64,000 bases of DNA from an uncultured beta proteobacterium (GTDB lineage: Bacteria; Pseudomonadota; Gammaproteobacteria; Burkholderiales; Burkholderiaceae_C), in contig CAVZEK010000027.1 in assembly GCA_963774185.1 (NCBI GenBank), forward strand, positions 50,530 to 114,529, written 5' to 3'. Position numbers and translations under genes: made by a program. Below the pieces are notes generated by a model. The model was given only the letters and a program-made list of their open reading frames with translations. It did no database searches and was not told where the DNA came from. Every line of letters starts with the position of its first letter. Within the stretch, counting starts at the first letter, position 1. Below, in pieces: positions 40,531-49,518 of the stretch.

Positions 40531-41889
40531 TCATGTTCCTGGCACCACGAAACCGCCGGGGAAGTTGATCGGGTTGGGATGCGCGATCAGCTCCACGTAG
40601 TCGATGTACGGGGCCGCGGGCCTGCCTGGGTTGTTCGCTTCGTCTGCCGTGTAGACCAGGTTGCTCATCGCGGCGCCGCTGAAGCCGTTGCCAAAGGCGT
40701 CGGCCAGCGAGAGGTTGAACGCATTGCCGATGCCGCTGTCGTACACGAGCTTGGGCGCGTTGCCGTACCAGGCAGCCCACACGCGGCAGCGATGCGCAAT
40801 GGCGTCGAGCTCGACCTCGACCACCGTGAAGCCGCCACGGTTCCAGGCCACGCCACCGATCGCAGCATTCGCGTTTGGCACGCCTTGCAGGTGCATCAGT
40901 GAGCCTTGATTCACCGTCGGCGGCATGTTGTAGTTCATGGGGCCGTAGCGCCGGTAGTAGCTGGCCGCGGTGCCGTCCAGCGCAGAGCCGGTGTCGACAC
41001 CGCCTTGACCAACCACGTTGGTGCCCCAATCAGGGGTGAACTGGCTGCGCTCCCAGGTCCGCGAAGAGACCGCACCACCGTCCGTGTGGTACCCGGTGAT
41101 GAACCCCGGGTAGTTCATCTTCGCGTCGATGACGCACTCTGCGGGGTCAGCAAAATTCGTTCGGTTCCACGCCTCGAGCACGAAGAACTTCGCCCCCGGC
41201 AACGTGCCGCCACCCGGGATCTTCCAGAAGTAATCCACGTACTCATCGACCCACACCACGGCCTGGAAGTAGTACTTCAGGTGATACGAACCCGGCACAT
41301 CGAGCGGGTTGCCGCTGAGAGGCATGATGGCCCACTGGTTGTCCAGCGTTCCATTGCCACCGCTGGGGTTCTTGCCCATGTAGGCACGCAGGGCCTTGCC
41401 AGACTTGACGTGGCTCGGTGTGGTGATGATTTCCCAGGAGTTCGCCCAGGCTGTCGGATTCAGCGTCGGGCTCTTGGATGACGAAATCCAGGTGCCGACC
41501 AACTGTCCACGGTTCCAGAAGTTGTACCAGGCCGTCGAGCTGGCGTAGGACGAGAAGTTCTCGGCGAAGTACGCGCCAACGCTGCGCGCCGCAAAGTCGA
41601 TCGGCGCGTTTGGCGGCGGGGTCGGTGCCGGCGGGGTCGGTGCCGGCGGGGTCGGTGCCGGCGGGGTCGGTGCCGGCGGGGTCGGTGCCGGCGGGGTCGG
41701 TGCCGGCGGGGTCGGTGCCGGCGGGGTCGGTGCCGGCGGGGTCGGTGCCGCTGGCGTGGGCGAGCCCGTGCCGACCGGGGCCGCGTCAGTGCTGCCACCG
41801 CCGCCGCAACCGCCCAGCGCGATGCCGCCGGCACCCAGCGCGGCCGCGCGCAGGAACAGACGCCGCGCCTTTTCCAATTTGGTATCCAT
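40531..41889 (-). CDS. Tat-signal lipoprotein with a (PTPPA)n linker and a ~340-aa domain of unknown function
   Basis: ARRLFLRAAALGAGGIALGGC (twin-Arg plus lipobox), then a Pro/Thr repeat, then a Trp/Tyr/Gly/Asn-rich beta-type domain. No family recognised. Confidence 0.6.
   Translation of the reverse strand: MDTKLEKARRLFLRAAALGAGGIALGGCGGGGSTDAAPVGTGSPTPAAPTPPAPTPPAPTPPAPTPPAPTPPAPTPPAPTPPAPTPPAPTPPPNAPIDFAARSVGAYFAENFSSYASSTAWYNFWNRGQLVGTWISSSKSPTLNPTAWANSWEIITTPSHVKSGKALRAYMGKNPSGGNGTLDNQWAIMPLSGNPLDVPGSYHLKYYFQAVVWVDEYVDYFWKIPGGGTLPGAKFFVLEAWNRTNFADPAECVIDAKMNYPGFITGYHTDGGAVSSRTWERSQFTPDWGTNVVGQGGVDTGSALDGTAASYYRRYGPMNYNMPPTVNQGSLMHLQGVPNANAAIGGVAWNRGGFTVVEVELDAIAHRCRVWAAWYGNAPKLVYDSGIGNAFNLSLADAFGNGFSGAAMSNLVYTADEANNPGRPAAPYIDYVELIAHPNPINFPGGFVVPGT
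41616..41750. repeat. perfect tandem repeat, 9 x 15 bp (GCGGGGTCGGTGCCG), encoding (PTPPA)9 on the minus strand
   Basis: Nine identical units counted directly in the sequence. Degenerate units flank them. Confidence 0.95.
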
Positions 41890-42309
41890 GGTCTCTACTT
41901 GGGGAATGAGGCTTCATTCTGCCCATGTTCAACGGGCCCATGAATCCGTTTGTGAGCGCCAGCGCGTCGTTGTGCTCGCCCGACCCGGCCCTGTACCTGA
42001 TTTGAGACTTGGCTCCGTACCACAGGCGCCGCAGGCCGCTCGAATAGCCGCGCATCGCCAGAGACCGCTAACGCGGCAAGCGCGCAAGTCCCCGACGCCG
42101 GCGGCGGCAGACCAAGGTTGCATTATAGGAACGGGCCTGCGTGTCGCGGTGCTGCTTGCATCCGGATGCCTGCTGCCGCTCTATGATCGTCTAGCCGCTT
42201 TGCTGCACGAAAGAGTGCATGGATCCGGCAAAGTCACCACCGGCCACTGCGCGGCGAAACGCTTGTGCGAGCCCATTGAGCGAGGGTTGAATCAGCGTCG
42301 GGCACACTG

Positions 42310-44016
42310 TTGAGTTCTATGTCTGAACAGACCTTGGGTTCGACTGCGGGGGAGTTGTCGCCCCCGGTGCGCAGCGCGCAGTCCAAACGCTCCGTGGCAT
42401 GGCTGGCGCTGTTGTTGGTGCTCTTCGCGTTGGTTTGGTTTGCCAGCCTTGGTTCTCGCTCGTTGGTCGACACAGACGAAGGCCGATATGCCGCGTTGGC
42501 GTTGGAGATGGCGCGCAGTGGAGACTGGGTCACCCCGCGCCTGAATGGATTGCTGTACTTCGAGAAGCCACCGCTGCAGTACTGGATCGGCGCCCTGAGC
42601 TTCAAGTGGTTTGGCATCACGGAGTTCTCGGCCCGCCTGTGGACCGGTCTGGCGGGCTTCCTGACCGTGCTCGCGGTCGGCTGCACCGCGGCACGCCTGT
42701 GGGGCAGGACATCCGGCCTGCAAGCCTTCGCCGTGGCGGCATCGACCACCTGGATCATCGGTGTCTCCCATGTGCTGACGCTCGATGCGGGCCTGACTCT
42801 GTTCACGACGCTGACGCTGTGCGCCGTGCTGGTGGCCGAGTGCGCAGAGCTGGCGCCGCCGGCGCGCCGCCGCTTCGTCTGGGCGGCCTGGATATCCACC
42901 GCGTTCGCCGTGTTGAGCAAGGGCCCGGTGGGCTTTGTGATCCCTGCCGGCGCGCTGCTGTTCACCAGTCTTTGGATGCGTGACTTCGCGCTGTTGCGTC
43001 GCATGCGTCTCGGCACGGGACTGGCGATGCTGCTGGCGGTGGCAGCGCCATGGTTCGTGTTGGTTTCGCTGCGCAACCCCGGCTTTGCCGAGTTCTTCTT
43101 CATTCACGAGCACGTTGCCCGGTACATGACCGAAGTGCATCATCGCGTCGGCGCGTGGTGGTACTACCTCCCCCTGCTGCTCATCGGCATGATGCCGTGG
43201 ACCAGCGCCCTGCCCTGGATCGCGCGACGCGACCAACCGGCCGCCGCCGCCGACACCCGCGCGGTGCGGATGCTGGTTGCGTGGTGTGGATTCGTGCTGG
43301 TGTTCTTCAGTCTCTCCGGCTCCAAGCTGCCGTCGTACATCCTGCCGATGTTCCCTGCGCTTGCATTGCTGGTGGCCCTGCAGCTGCGCGGCACGGACAC
43401 ATCCACGTTGCGCCGACATCTGCTGGTACCGACTGTCGTGTGGGCCGTCGCCTTGATCGCTGCAACGCAGCTCTATCGCTTCGGCTCCGCGGAAACGCCA
43501 AAGGCCGTGATGGTGACACAGGGGTTCAGTCTCGGCGTGGCCGCGGTGCTGTTTCTGGCCGGCGCGTCGACGGCATTTTGGTGTCTTGCCCGGCGCCAGG
43601 TCACCGCGGCGGTGTTGAGTGTCGCGCTGGGGCACTTTGCCGCGATGACCGTGGTGATCCAGGCGTACGACGCCATTGGGCAACTCAAGAGCGCGGATGC
43701 GCTGTCCAGGGTGGTGCTGCCGCTGGTGGGACCCGACACGCCGGTGTTTGCCGTGCGCGTGTACGATCAGACGCTGCCTTTCTACCTTCGGCGCAACGTC
43801 GAGCTGGTCGAATTCGTCGGCGAGTTTGAGTTTGGTCAACAACATGAGCCCGGAAAATCGCCCGCCACACTCGATGAGTTCATCGCGCGCTGGCAGACGC
43901 TGCCGCAGGGTGTGGCCTACATGCGCAGCACCACTTTCCGCGAACTGCTCGAACGCGGCGTCCCGATGCGGGTGGTATTCGAAGATCCACGGCGGCTGGT
44001 CGTGATGAAGCCATGA
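42310..44016 (+). CDS. arnT: 4-amino-4-deoxy-L-arabinose (L-Ara4N) transferase, GT39-type
   Basis: DTDEGRYAALALEMARSGDWVTPRLNGLLYFEKPPLQYW and a polytopic membrane profile. First gene of the arn series. Confidence 0.8.
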   Translation: MSSMSEQTLGSTAGELSPPVRSAQSKRSVAWLALLLVLFALVWFASLGSRSLVDTDEGRYAALALEMARSGDWVTPRLNGLLYFEKPPLQYWIGALSFKWFGITEFSARLWTGLAGFLTVLAVGCTAARLWGRTSGLQAFAVAASTTWIIGVSHVLTLDAGLTLFTTLTLCAVLVAECAELAPPARRRFVWAAWISTAFAVLSKGPVGFVIPAGALLFTSLWMRDFALLRRMRLGTGLAMLLAVAAPWFVLVSLRNPGFAEFFFIHEHVARYMTEVHHRVGAWWYYLPLLLIGMMPWTSALPWIARRDQPAAAADTRAVRMLVAWCGFVLVFFSLSGSKLPSYILPMFPALALLVALQLRGTDTSTLRRHLLVPTVVWAVALIAATQLYRFGSAETPKAVMVTQGFSLGVAAVLFLAGASTAFWCLARRQVTAAVLSVALGHFAAMTVVIQAYDAIGQLKSADALSRVVLPLVGPDTPVFAVRVYDQTLPFYLRRNVELVEFVGEFEFGQQHEPGKSPATLDEFIARWQTLPQGVAYMRSTTFRELLERGVPMRVVFEDPRRLVVMKP

Positions 44017-44402
44017 GGCAGGCAGACCTCGCATGGATCCTTGGCGGCGTGCTGCTCAATGCGGTGGCCCAGCTGCTGCTGAAAGCCGGGGCTTCCAACA
44101 GCGGAGCCATCTCGCTGGACGCCGGTTCGGCGGTGCTGTGGCGAACGGCCGTTGGTCTGGCTCAGCACCCCTACATTCTGGGCGGCCTCGCGTGCTACGT
44201 GGTCAGCGTGATCGTGTGGATCGTTGCGCTGTCGCGGGTGGAAGTCAGCATCGCCTACCCAATGCTGTCGATCGGCTATGTGGTCAACGCCTTGCTGGCC
44301 TGGTGGCTGTTCAAAGAAGACGTCAACGCGCAGCGCTGGCTCGGCATCGGCGTCATCATCGTCGGCGTCGTGCTGGTGGCCCGCAGCGGGGGCCACTCGT
44401 GA
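44013..44402 (+). CDS. small EamA/SMR-like membrane protein, ArnE/ArnF-type L-Ara4N-undecaprenyl-phosphate flippase subunit
   Basis: 129 aa, 4 hydrophobic segments. ATGA overlap with arnT and GTGA overlap with arnB. Confidence 0.6.
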   Translation: MRQADLAWILGGVLLNAVAQLLLKAGASNSGAISLDAGSAVLWRTAVGLAQHPYILGGLACYVVSVIVWIVALSRVEVSIAYPMLSIGYVVNALLAWWLFKEDVNAQRWLGIGVIIVGVVLVARSGGHS

Positions 44403-45526
44403 GTGCGTTGCCGTTTCTGCCGTTCACGCGTCCCGCCATCGACGAGCCGACGATCGAGGCCGTCGCGGCGGTCTTGCGCTCCGGATGGATCACCACCGGT
44501 CCCAAGTGCCTGGCGTTCGAGGCGGCCCTGTCCGCGCGCTTCGGCGGCCGACCCGTCCGGCTTGCCAGCTCCGGCACCGCGACGCTCGAGCTGGCGTTGC
44601 GCCTGTGTGGCGTGGGCCCTGGCGACGAGGTGATCACGTCGCCGCTCAGCTGGGTGGCAACGGCCAATGTGGTGCTCGCGGTCGGTGCCAAGCCGGTCTT
44701 CGTCGACGTCGATGCGCGCACGCGCAACATCGATCTCGATCGCGCCGAGGCGGCCATCACAACGCGCACTGCGGTGATCATGCCAGTCGACCTGGCCGGT
44801 CTGCCGGTGGATCGCGATCGTCTGTACGCGATCGCCGGCAAGCACAGGCTGCGCGTGGTCGAAGACGCAGCGCAGTCCTTCGGTGCCCGCTGGCGCGGGC
44901 AGGAGATCGGCAGCATCGGCGACCTGGTGTCGTTCAGCTTCCACGCCAACAAGAACATCACCACGGCCGAAGGGGGCTGTCTGGTGCTGAACACCCTCGA
45001 GGAGGCTCGCTCCTTCGAGAAACTCCGCCTCCAGGGCGTGACGCGCCTGCCCGATGGCGGCATGGAAGTGCAAGCCTGGGGCGACAAGGCCAACCTCACC
45101 GATGTGGCGGCGGCGATCGGGCTGGGTCAGCTGCCGCACACCGATGGCTTCAATGCGCGCCGCCGAGAGCTGGCCCGGCGCTACTTCGAGCGCTGGGATC
45201 GCTCGCTCGGCTTCGAGTTGCCACCAGCCGACCCCGAGAATCACGGCAACTGGCACATGTTCCAGCCCCTGCTGCCGCGTGCACTCGCTGCCAAGCGCGG
45301 CGCCTTCATCGAGGCGATGAAGGCGCGGGGCATCGGCATCGGCGTGCACTACCCTGCGATGCACCTGTTCGAGCTGTTTCGTGCGCAAGGCCACGCGCCG
45401 GGCGATTTTCCGATTGCCGAGGACATTGGCGCCCGCACCGTGACGCTGCCGTTGTTCCCGGCCATGACCGACGCCGACGTGGACCGCGTGTGCGAGACCG
45501 TGACTGCCGTGAGCACCACGCTCTAG
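44399..45526 (+). CDS. arnB: UDP-4-amino-4-deoxy-L-arabinose--oxoglutarate aminotransferase (DegT/DnrJ/EryC1 family)
   Basis: Motifs FLPFTRPAIDEPTIEAV and FSFHANKNITTAEGG (PLP-lysine motif). GTG start in frame within track ORF 44033..45526. Confidence 0.8.
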   Translation: MSALPFLPFTRPAIDEPTIEAVAAVLRSGWITTGPKCLAFEAALSARFGGRPVRLASSGTATLELALRLCGVGPGDEVITSPLSWVATANVVLAVGAKPVFVDVDARTRNIDLDRAEAAITTRTAVIMPVDLAGLPVDRDRLYAIAGKHRLRVVEDAAQSFGARWRGQEIGSIGDLVSFSFHANKNITTAEGGCLVLNTLEEARSFEKLRLQGVTRLPDGGMEVQAWGDKANLTDVAAAIGLGQLPHTDGFNARRRELARRYFERWDRSLGFELPPADPENHGNWHMFQPLLPRALAAKRGAFIEAMKARGIGIGVHYPAMHLFELFRAQGHAPGDFPIAEDIGARTVTLPLFPAMTDADVDRVCETVTAVSTTL

Positions 45527-45539
45527 CTCACATCTGGGG

Positions 45540-46535
45540 ATGACCGTGTCGATCGGAGAAGCCATCCAGCTGGTCAAGCCGCAAACGATTGCCCCGGCCG
45601 CCGCGCCGGCCTTGAGCGTCGTGATACCGGTCTATGACGAGGAGGCCGGGCTGCACGCGCTCTTTGCGCGACTCTATCCCGCGCTCGATGCGCTGGGGAT
45701 CACCTACGAAGTCGTGTTCATCAACGATGGCAGCCGCGATCGCTCGGCCGCGTTGCTGGCCGAGCAGTTCGAGCGCCGCCCCGATGTCACGCGGGTGATC
45801 CTGTTCAACGGCAACTTCGGCCAGCATCGCGCCATCCTGGCCGGCTTCGCCCATTGCCTCGGCGAGCGCATCGTCACGCTCGACGCCGACCTGCAAAACC
45901 CGCCCGAAGACATCGCCCTGCTGTTGGCCGCGATGGACCAAGGCCACGACTGCGTGGGATCGATCCGCCGCGACCGGCACGACTCGGCATGGCGCCGCTG
46001 GGCCTCGCGCTCGATGAATCGCCTGCGGCGCCGCCTCACGGGCATCGTGATGACCGATCAAGGCTGCATGATGCGGGCCTACGGCCGCAACGTGGTGGAA
46101 CTGATCAACCAGTGCAACGAGATGAACACGTTCATCCCGGCACTGGCCTACCAGTTCTCGAAGAACCCGACCGAGGTGGTGGTCGGGCACGAGCGGCGTC
46201 ACGCTGGTGAATCGAAGTATTCGCTGTACAGCCTGATCCGACTGAACTTCGATCTGGTCACCGGCTTTTCGGTGGCGCCGCTGCAGGCGTTTTCGATGCT
46301 CGGCATGGTGGTGTCGCTGCTGTCGGGAGTGCTGTTCCTGGTGCTGGCTGGACGCCGCATCTTTCTCGGCCCCGAGGAGGGCGGCCTGTTCACGCTGTTC
46401 GCGCTGCTGTTCTTGCTGGTGGGGCTGGCCCTGCTGGGCATCGGACTGCTCGGCGAGTATGTCGGACGCATCTATCAGGAGGTGCGCTCGCGCCCGCGCT
46501 ACGTCATCAGCGCGATCCTGGAGCGCAAGCGGTGA
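45540..46535 (+). CDS. arnC: undecaprenyl-phosphate 4-deoxy-4-formamido-L-arabinose transferase (GT2)
   Basis: Motifs LSVVIPVYDEE, INDGSRD and DADLQNPPE, plus two C-terminal TM segments. Confidence 0.8.
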   Translation: MTVSIGEAIQLVKPQTIAPAAAPALSVVIPVYDEEAGLHALFARLYPALDALGITYEVVFINDGSRDRSAALLAEQFERRPDVTRVILFNGNFGQHRAILAGFAHCLGERIVTLDADLQNPPEDIALLLAAMDQGHDCVGSIRRDRHDSAWRRWASRSMNRLRRRLTGIVMTDQGCMMRAYGRNVVELINQCNEMNTFIPALAYQFSKNPTEVVVGHERRHAGESKYSLYSLIRLNFDLVTGFSVAPLQAFSMLGMVVSLLSGVLFLVLAGRRIFLGPEEGGLFTLFALLFLLVGLALLGIGLLGEYVGRIYQEVRSRPRYVISAILERKR

Positions 46536-47485
46536 GCCGGGCCACGGGCAGCGCGATCGTGTTCGCGTACCACGATGTCGGCGTGCGTTGCCTGCGCGCG
46601 CTGCTCGATGCCGGGGTGCGCGTGCCGCTGGTCGTGACCCATCGCAACGACCCGGGCGAGCACGTGTGGTTCGCCAGCGTGGCCGACGTGGCCGCCGAAC
46701 ACGGCCTGCCCTGCGCGGCACCCGACGACGCCAACGTGCCGGAGTTCGTGGAGCGCACGCGAGAGCTGTCGGGGCCGATCGACTTCGTCTTTTCCTTCTA
46801 CTACCGGCGGCTGCTCGCCGCACCGTGGCTGGCCATGCCCAAGGTCGGAGCCTTCAACATGCACGGCTCCCTGTTGCCCAAGTACCGGGGCCGCGCGCCA
46901 GTGAACTGGGCCGTGATTCACGGCGAACGCGAAACCGGCGCGACGCTGCACGTGATGAACGAGAAGCCCGACAACGGCGCCATCGTGGATCAGTGCGCAG
47001 TGCCGATTCTCGGCGACGACACGGCCCGCGACGTGTTCGGCAAGGTCGTCGTCGCCGCCGAGATCGTGATGGCTCGCAGCCTGCCGCGGCTGCTCGACGG
47101 CAGCGCCCGATTCACGCCGCAGGATCTTTCGCAAGGGCGCTACTTCGGCGGCCGGCGCCCGGAGGATGGTCGTATTCCGAACAGCGCGAACGCCCGACAG
47201 ATTCATGACCTGGTGCGCGCGCTCGCACCACCCTACCCAGGCGCGTTCGTCGTGCTCGGCGGACGGCGCGTCTTCATCGAGCGCACCCAGCATGCCCAAG
47301 CGCCTGCCGGCGCCCCCGGCAGCGGACTGCGGCTGTTCAGCGATGGCGCTGCACTGTGGCTTTTGGCCGCCGACGGCGGTGCGCTGCGGATCCTGGCTGC
47401 GCGCAGCGAGAGTGACGGCCCGTTGCTGGACGCGAGCCGCTTCGAGAGCCAATTCGCCTGCAGGTGCCTGCCTGCGGACGCCTGA
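46532..47485 (+). CDS. arnA: UDP-L-Ara4N formyltransferase (ArnA N-terminal domain as a separate protein)
   Basis: NMHGSLLPKYRGRAPVNWAVIHGE formyltransferase motif. GTGA overlap with arnC. Confidence 0.75.
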   Translation: MSRATGSAIVFAYHDVGVRCLRALLDAGVRVPLVVTHRNDPGEHVWFASVADVAAEHGLPCAAPDDANVPEFVERTRELSGPIDFVFSFYYRRLLAAPWLAMPKVGAFNMHGSLLPKYRGRAPVNWAVIHGERETGATLHVMNEKPDNGAIVDQCAVPILGDDTARDVFGKVVVAAEIVMARSLPRLLDGSARFTPQDLSQGRYFGGRRPEDGRIPNSANARQIHDLVRALAPPYPGAFVVLGGRRVFIERTQHAQAPAGAPGSGLRLFSDGAALWLLAADGGALRILAARSESDGPLLDASRFESQFACRCLPADA

Positions 47486-47514
47486 TCCATCCACCGCAAT
47501 CGACGGGGTATCCC

Positions 47515-48555
47515 ATGCTCAAAGTTCTGATTCTCGGCGTCAACGGGTTCATCGGCCACCATCTGACGCGCCACATCATCGAACAGACCGACTGGCAGGT
47601 CTTTGGCATGGACATGCAGTCTGAACGCGTGGCGCCATGGATGGATCACCCCCGCTTTCATTTCTTCGAGGGTGACATCACCATCAACAAGGAATGGATC
47701 GAATACCACGTGCGCAAGTGCGACGTGGTGCTGCCGCTGGTGGCCATTGCCACGCCCGCGACCTACGTGCGCGAGCCGCTGCGCGTGTTCGAGCTCGACT
47801 TCGAGGCCAATCTGGTCATCGTCCGCCAATGCGTCAAGTACGGTAAACGCGTCGTCTTTCCCTCCACCAGCGAGGTCTACGGCATGTGCACCGACGACGC
47901 CTTTGACCCCGAGCAGTCGAACCTGGTCTACGGCCCGATCAACAAGCCGCGCTGGATCTACGCTTGCTCCAAACAATTGCTGGACCGCGTCATCCACGCC
48001 TACGGCATGCAGGAAGGGCTGCGCTATACGCTGTTTCGGCCCTTCAACTGGATCGGCCCCGGCCTGGACAGCCTGCACACGCCCAAGGAGGGATCGAGCC
48101 GCGTCATCACCCAGTTCCTGGGTCACATCGTTCGCGGTGAGCCGATCCGGCTGGTCGATGGCGGCAGTCAGAAGCGCACGTTCACCTATGTCGACGATGG
48201 CATCAGTGCCCTGGTGAAGATCATCGCCAATGCGGGCGGCGTGGCCGACGGCAAGATCTACAACATCGGCAATCCGGGCAACAACTTCTCGATCCGCGCC
48301 CTCGCCGAGATGATGCTGAAGGTCGCAAAAGAATTGCCCGAGTACCGCGACAATGCCGCCCACGTGCGCCTGGTCGGGGCGACGGCGGAGGGCTACTACG
48401 GCGCTGGCTATCAAGACGTCTTGCAGCGGGTGCCCGACATCCGCCAGACGATGGCCGATCTGGCTTGGCAGCCGAAGGTGGCCATGGACGAAGCCCTTGC
48501 GGCCTTGTTCGCCTACTACCGAGATCAGGTGCAGGCTGCCGAGCTCGAGCCCTGA
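47515..48555 (+). CDS. arnA: UDP-glucuronate oxidative decarboxylase (ArnA C-terminal domain as a separate protein)
   Basis: Extended-SDR Rossmann VLILGVNGFIGHHL and the YACSKQLLDR catalytic motif. Starts 29 nt after the formyltransferase ORF. Confidence 0.75.
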   Translation: MLKVLILGVNGFIGHHLTRHIIEQTDWQVFGMDMQSERVAPWMDHPRFHFFEGDITINKEWIEYHVRKCDVVLPLVAIATPATYVREPLRVFELDFEANLVIVRQCVKYGKRVVFPSTSEVYGMCTDDAFDPEQSNLVYGPINKPRWIYACSKQLLDRVIHAYGMQEGLRYTLFRPFNWIGPGLDSLHTPKEGSSRVITQFLGHIVRGEPIRLVDGGSQKRTFTYVDDGISALVKIIANAGGVADGKIYNIGNPGNNFSIRALAEMMLKVAKELPEYRDNAAHVRLVGATAEGYYGAGYQDVLQRVPDIRQTMADLAWQPKVAMDEALAALFAYYRDQVQAAELEP

Positions 48556-48564
48556 CCGCTCGTC

Positions 48565-49503
48565 ATGGCGCTGGTTGCACTGAAGGTCGATGTCGACACC
48601 TGGCGTGGCACGCGCGAAGGCCTGCCGAACCTGCTCAAGCTGCTGAGTGCCAGCGGGGCCGGCGCGAGTTTTTTGTTCAGCCTCGGCCCCGACCACACCG
48701 GGCGCGCCATCCTGCGTGTGCTGCGTCCTGGCTTCTTTGCCAAGGTGTCACGCACGTCGGTGCTCGAGCACTATGGGCTGCGCACCCTGCTCCATGGCAG
48801 CCTCCTTCCGGGCCCCGACATCGGCAAGCGCGAAGCGCACACGTTGCGGGCGGTGCGCGATGCCGGCTTCGAGGTCGGGGTGCACTGCTGGGATCACGTG
48901 CTATGGCAAGACCATCTGCTGACCCAGGATGCCGCGTGGGCACACCGCGAGATGGAGCGCGCGCAACAACGGTTCGCTGAAGTGTTCGGCGTGATGCCGC
49001 GGCTGCATGGTGCCGCAGGCTGGCAGTTCAACGAGGCCGCGGCGCGTGCCGAGCAGGCGCTCGGGTTCGAGATCGCATCCGACACGCGCGGCCATCATCC
49101 GTTTCAGCCTGTGGCGGCCGACGGGTCCGCGATCGGCCCGCCTCAATACCCCACGACGTTGCCGACACTCGACGAGCTGATCGGCGTCGGCCACCTGACA
49201 GCCGATAACGTGGACTTGCACTTGCTCGCTCTGACCGAGGTTGCCGGGCAAGACCAGGTCTACACGCTGCACGCAGAGCTGGAGGGCATGAAGTTGCAGC
49301 CGGTGTTCGAGCGCTTGATCAAAGGCTGGCGCGCGCAGGGCCACACCCTGTGTTCGTTGGGTTCGCTGCACGAACACCAGCGCGCACGGGGGCTGCCCAA
49401 GCATCGGATCGAGCTCGGCGCTGTGCCGGGGCGATCCGGCGTGCTCGCTGTTCAGGGCAAGGCGCTCGACGCGGTCGCGCCGCAAGCGAAGCAACCGGCG
49501 TAG
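48565..49503 (+). CDS. arnD: 4-deoxy-4-formamido-L-arabinose-phosphoundecaprenol deformylase (NodB/polysaccharide deacetylase fold)
   Basis: Motifs LKVDVDTWRGTREG and GVHCWDHV. Last gene of the arn series. Confidence 0.75.
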   Translation: MALVALKVDVDTWRGTREGLPNLLKLLSASGAGASFLFSLGPDHTGRAILRVLRPGFFAKVSRTSVLEHYGLRTLLHGSLLPGPDIGKREAHTLRAVRDAGFEVGVHCWDHVLWQDHLLTQDAAWAHREMERAQQRFAEVFGVMPRLHGAAGWQFNEAAARAEQALGFEIASDTRGHHPFQPVAADGSAIGPPQYPTTLPTLDELIGVGHLTADNVDLHLLALTEVAGQDQVYTLHAELEGMKLQPVFERLIKGWRAQGHTLCSLGSLHEHQRARGLPKHRIELGAVPGRSGVLAVQGKALDAVAPQAKQPA

Positions 49504-49518
49504 TGCCGCTGTGGCGTC

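Noticed and set aside
41616-41750. Possible CRISPR array
   Set aside because: The repeats are directly abutting with no spacers, are only 15 bp long, and lie inside a coding region. There are no cas genes in the window.
41478-41909. ORF encoding an (AGSVP)n repeat on the plus strand
   Set aside because: It is the antisense reading of the 15-bp tandem repeat. The minus-strand frame belongs to a complete Tat-lipoprotein gene with signal, lipobox and downstream domain.
42155-42196. Sigma-70-like promoter TTGCAT ... TATGAT upstream of arnT
   Set aside because: The two hexamers are about 20 nt apart, which is outside the usual 16-18 nt window, and there is no supporting evidence.
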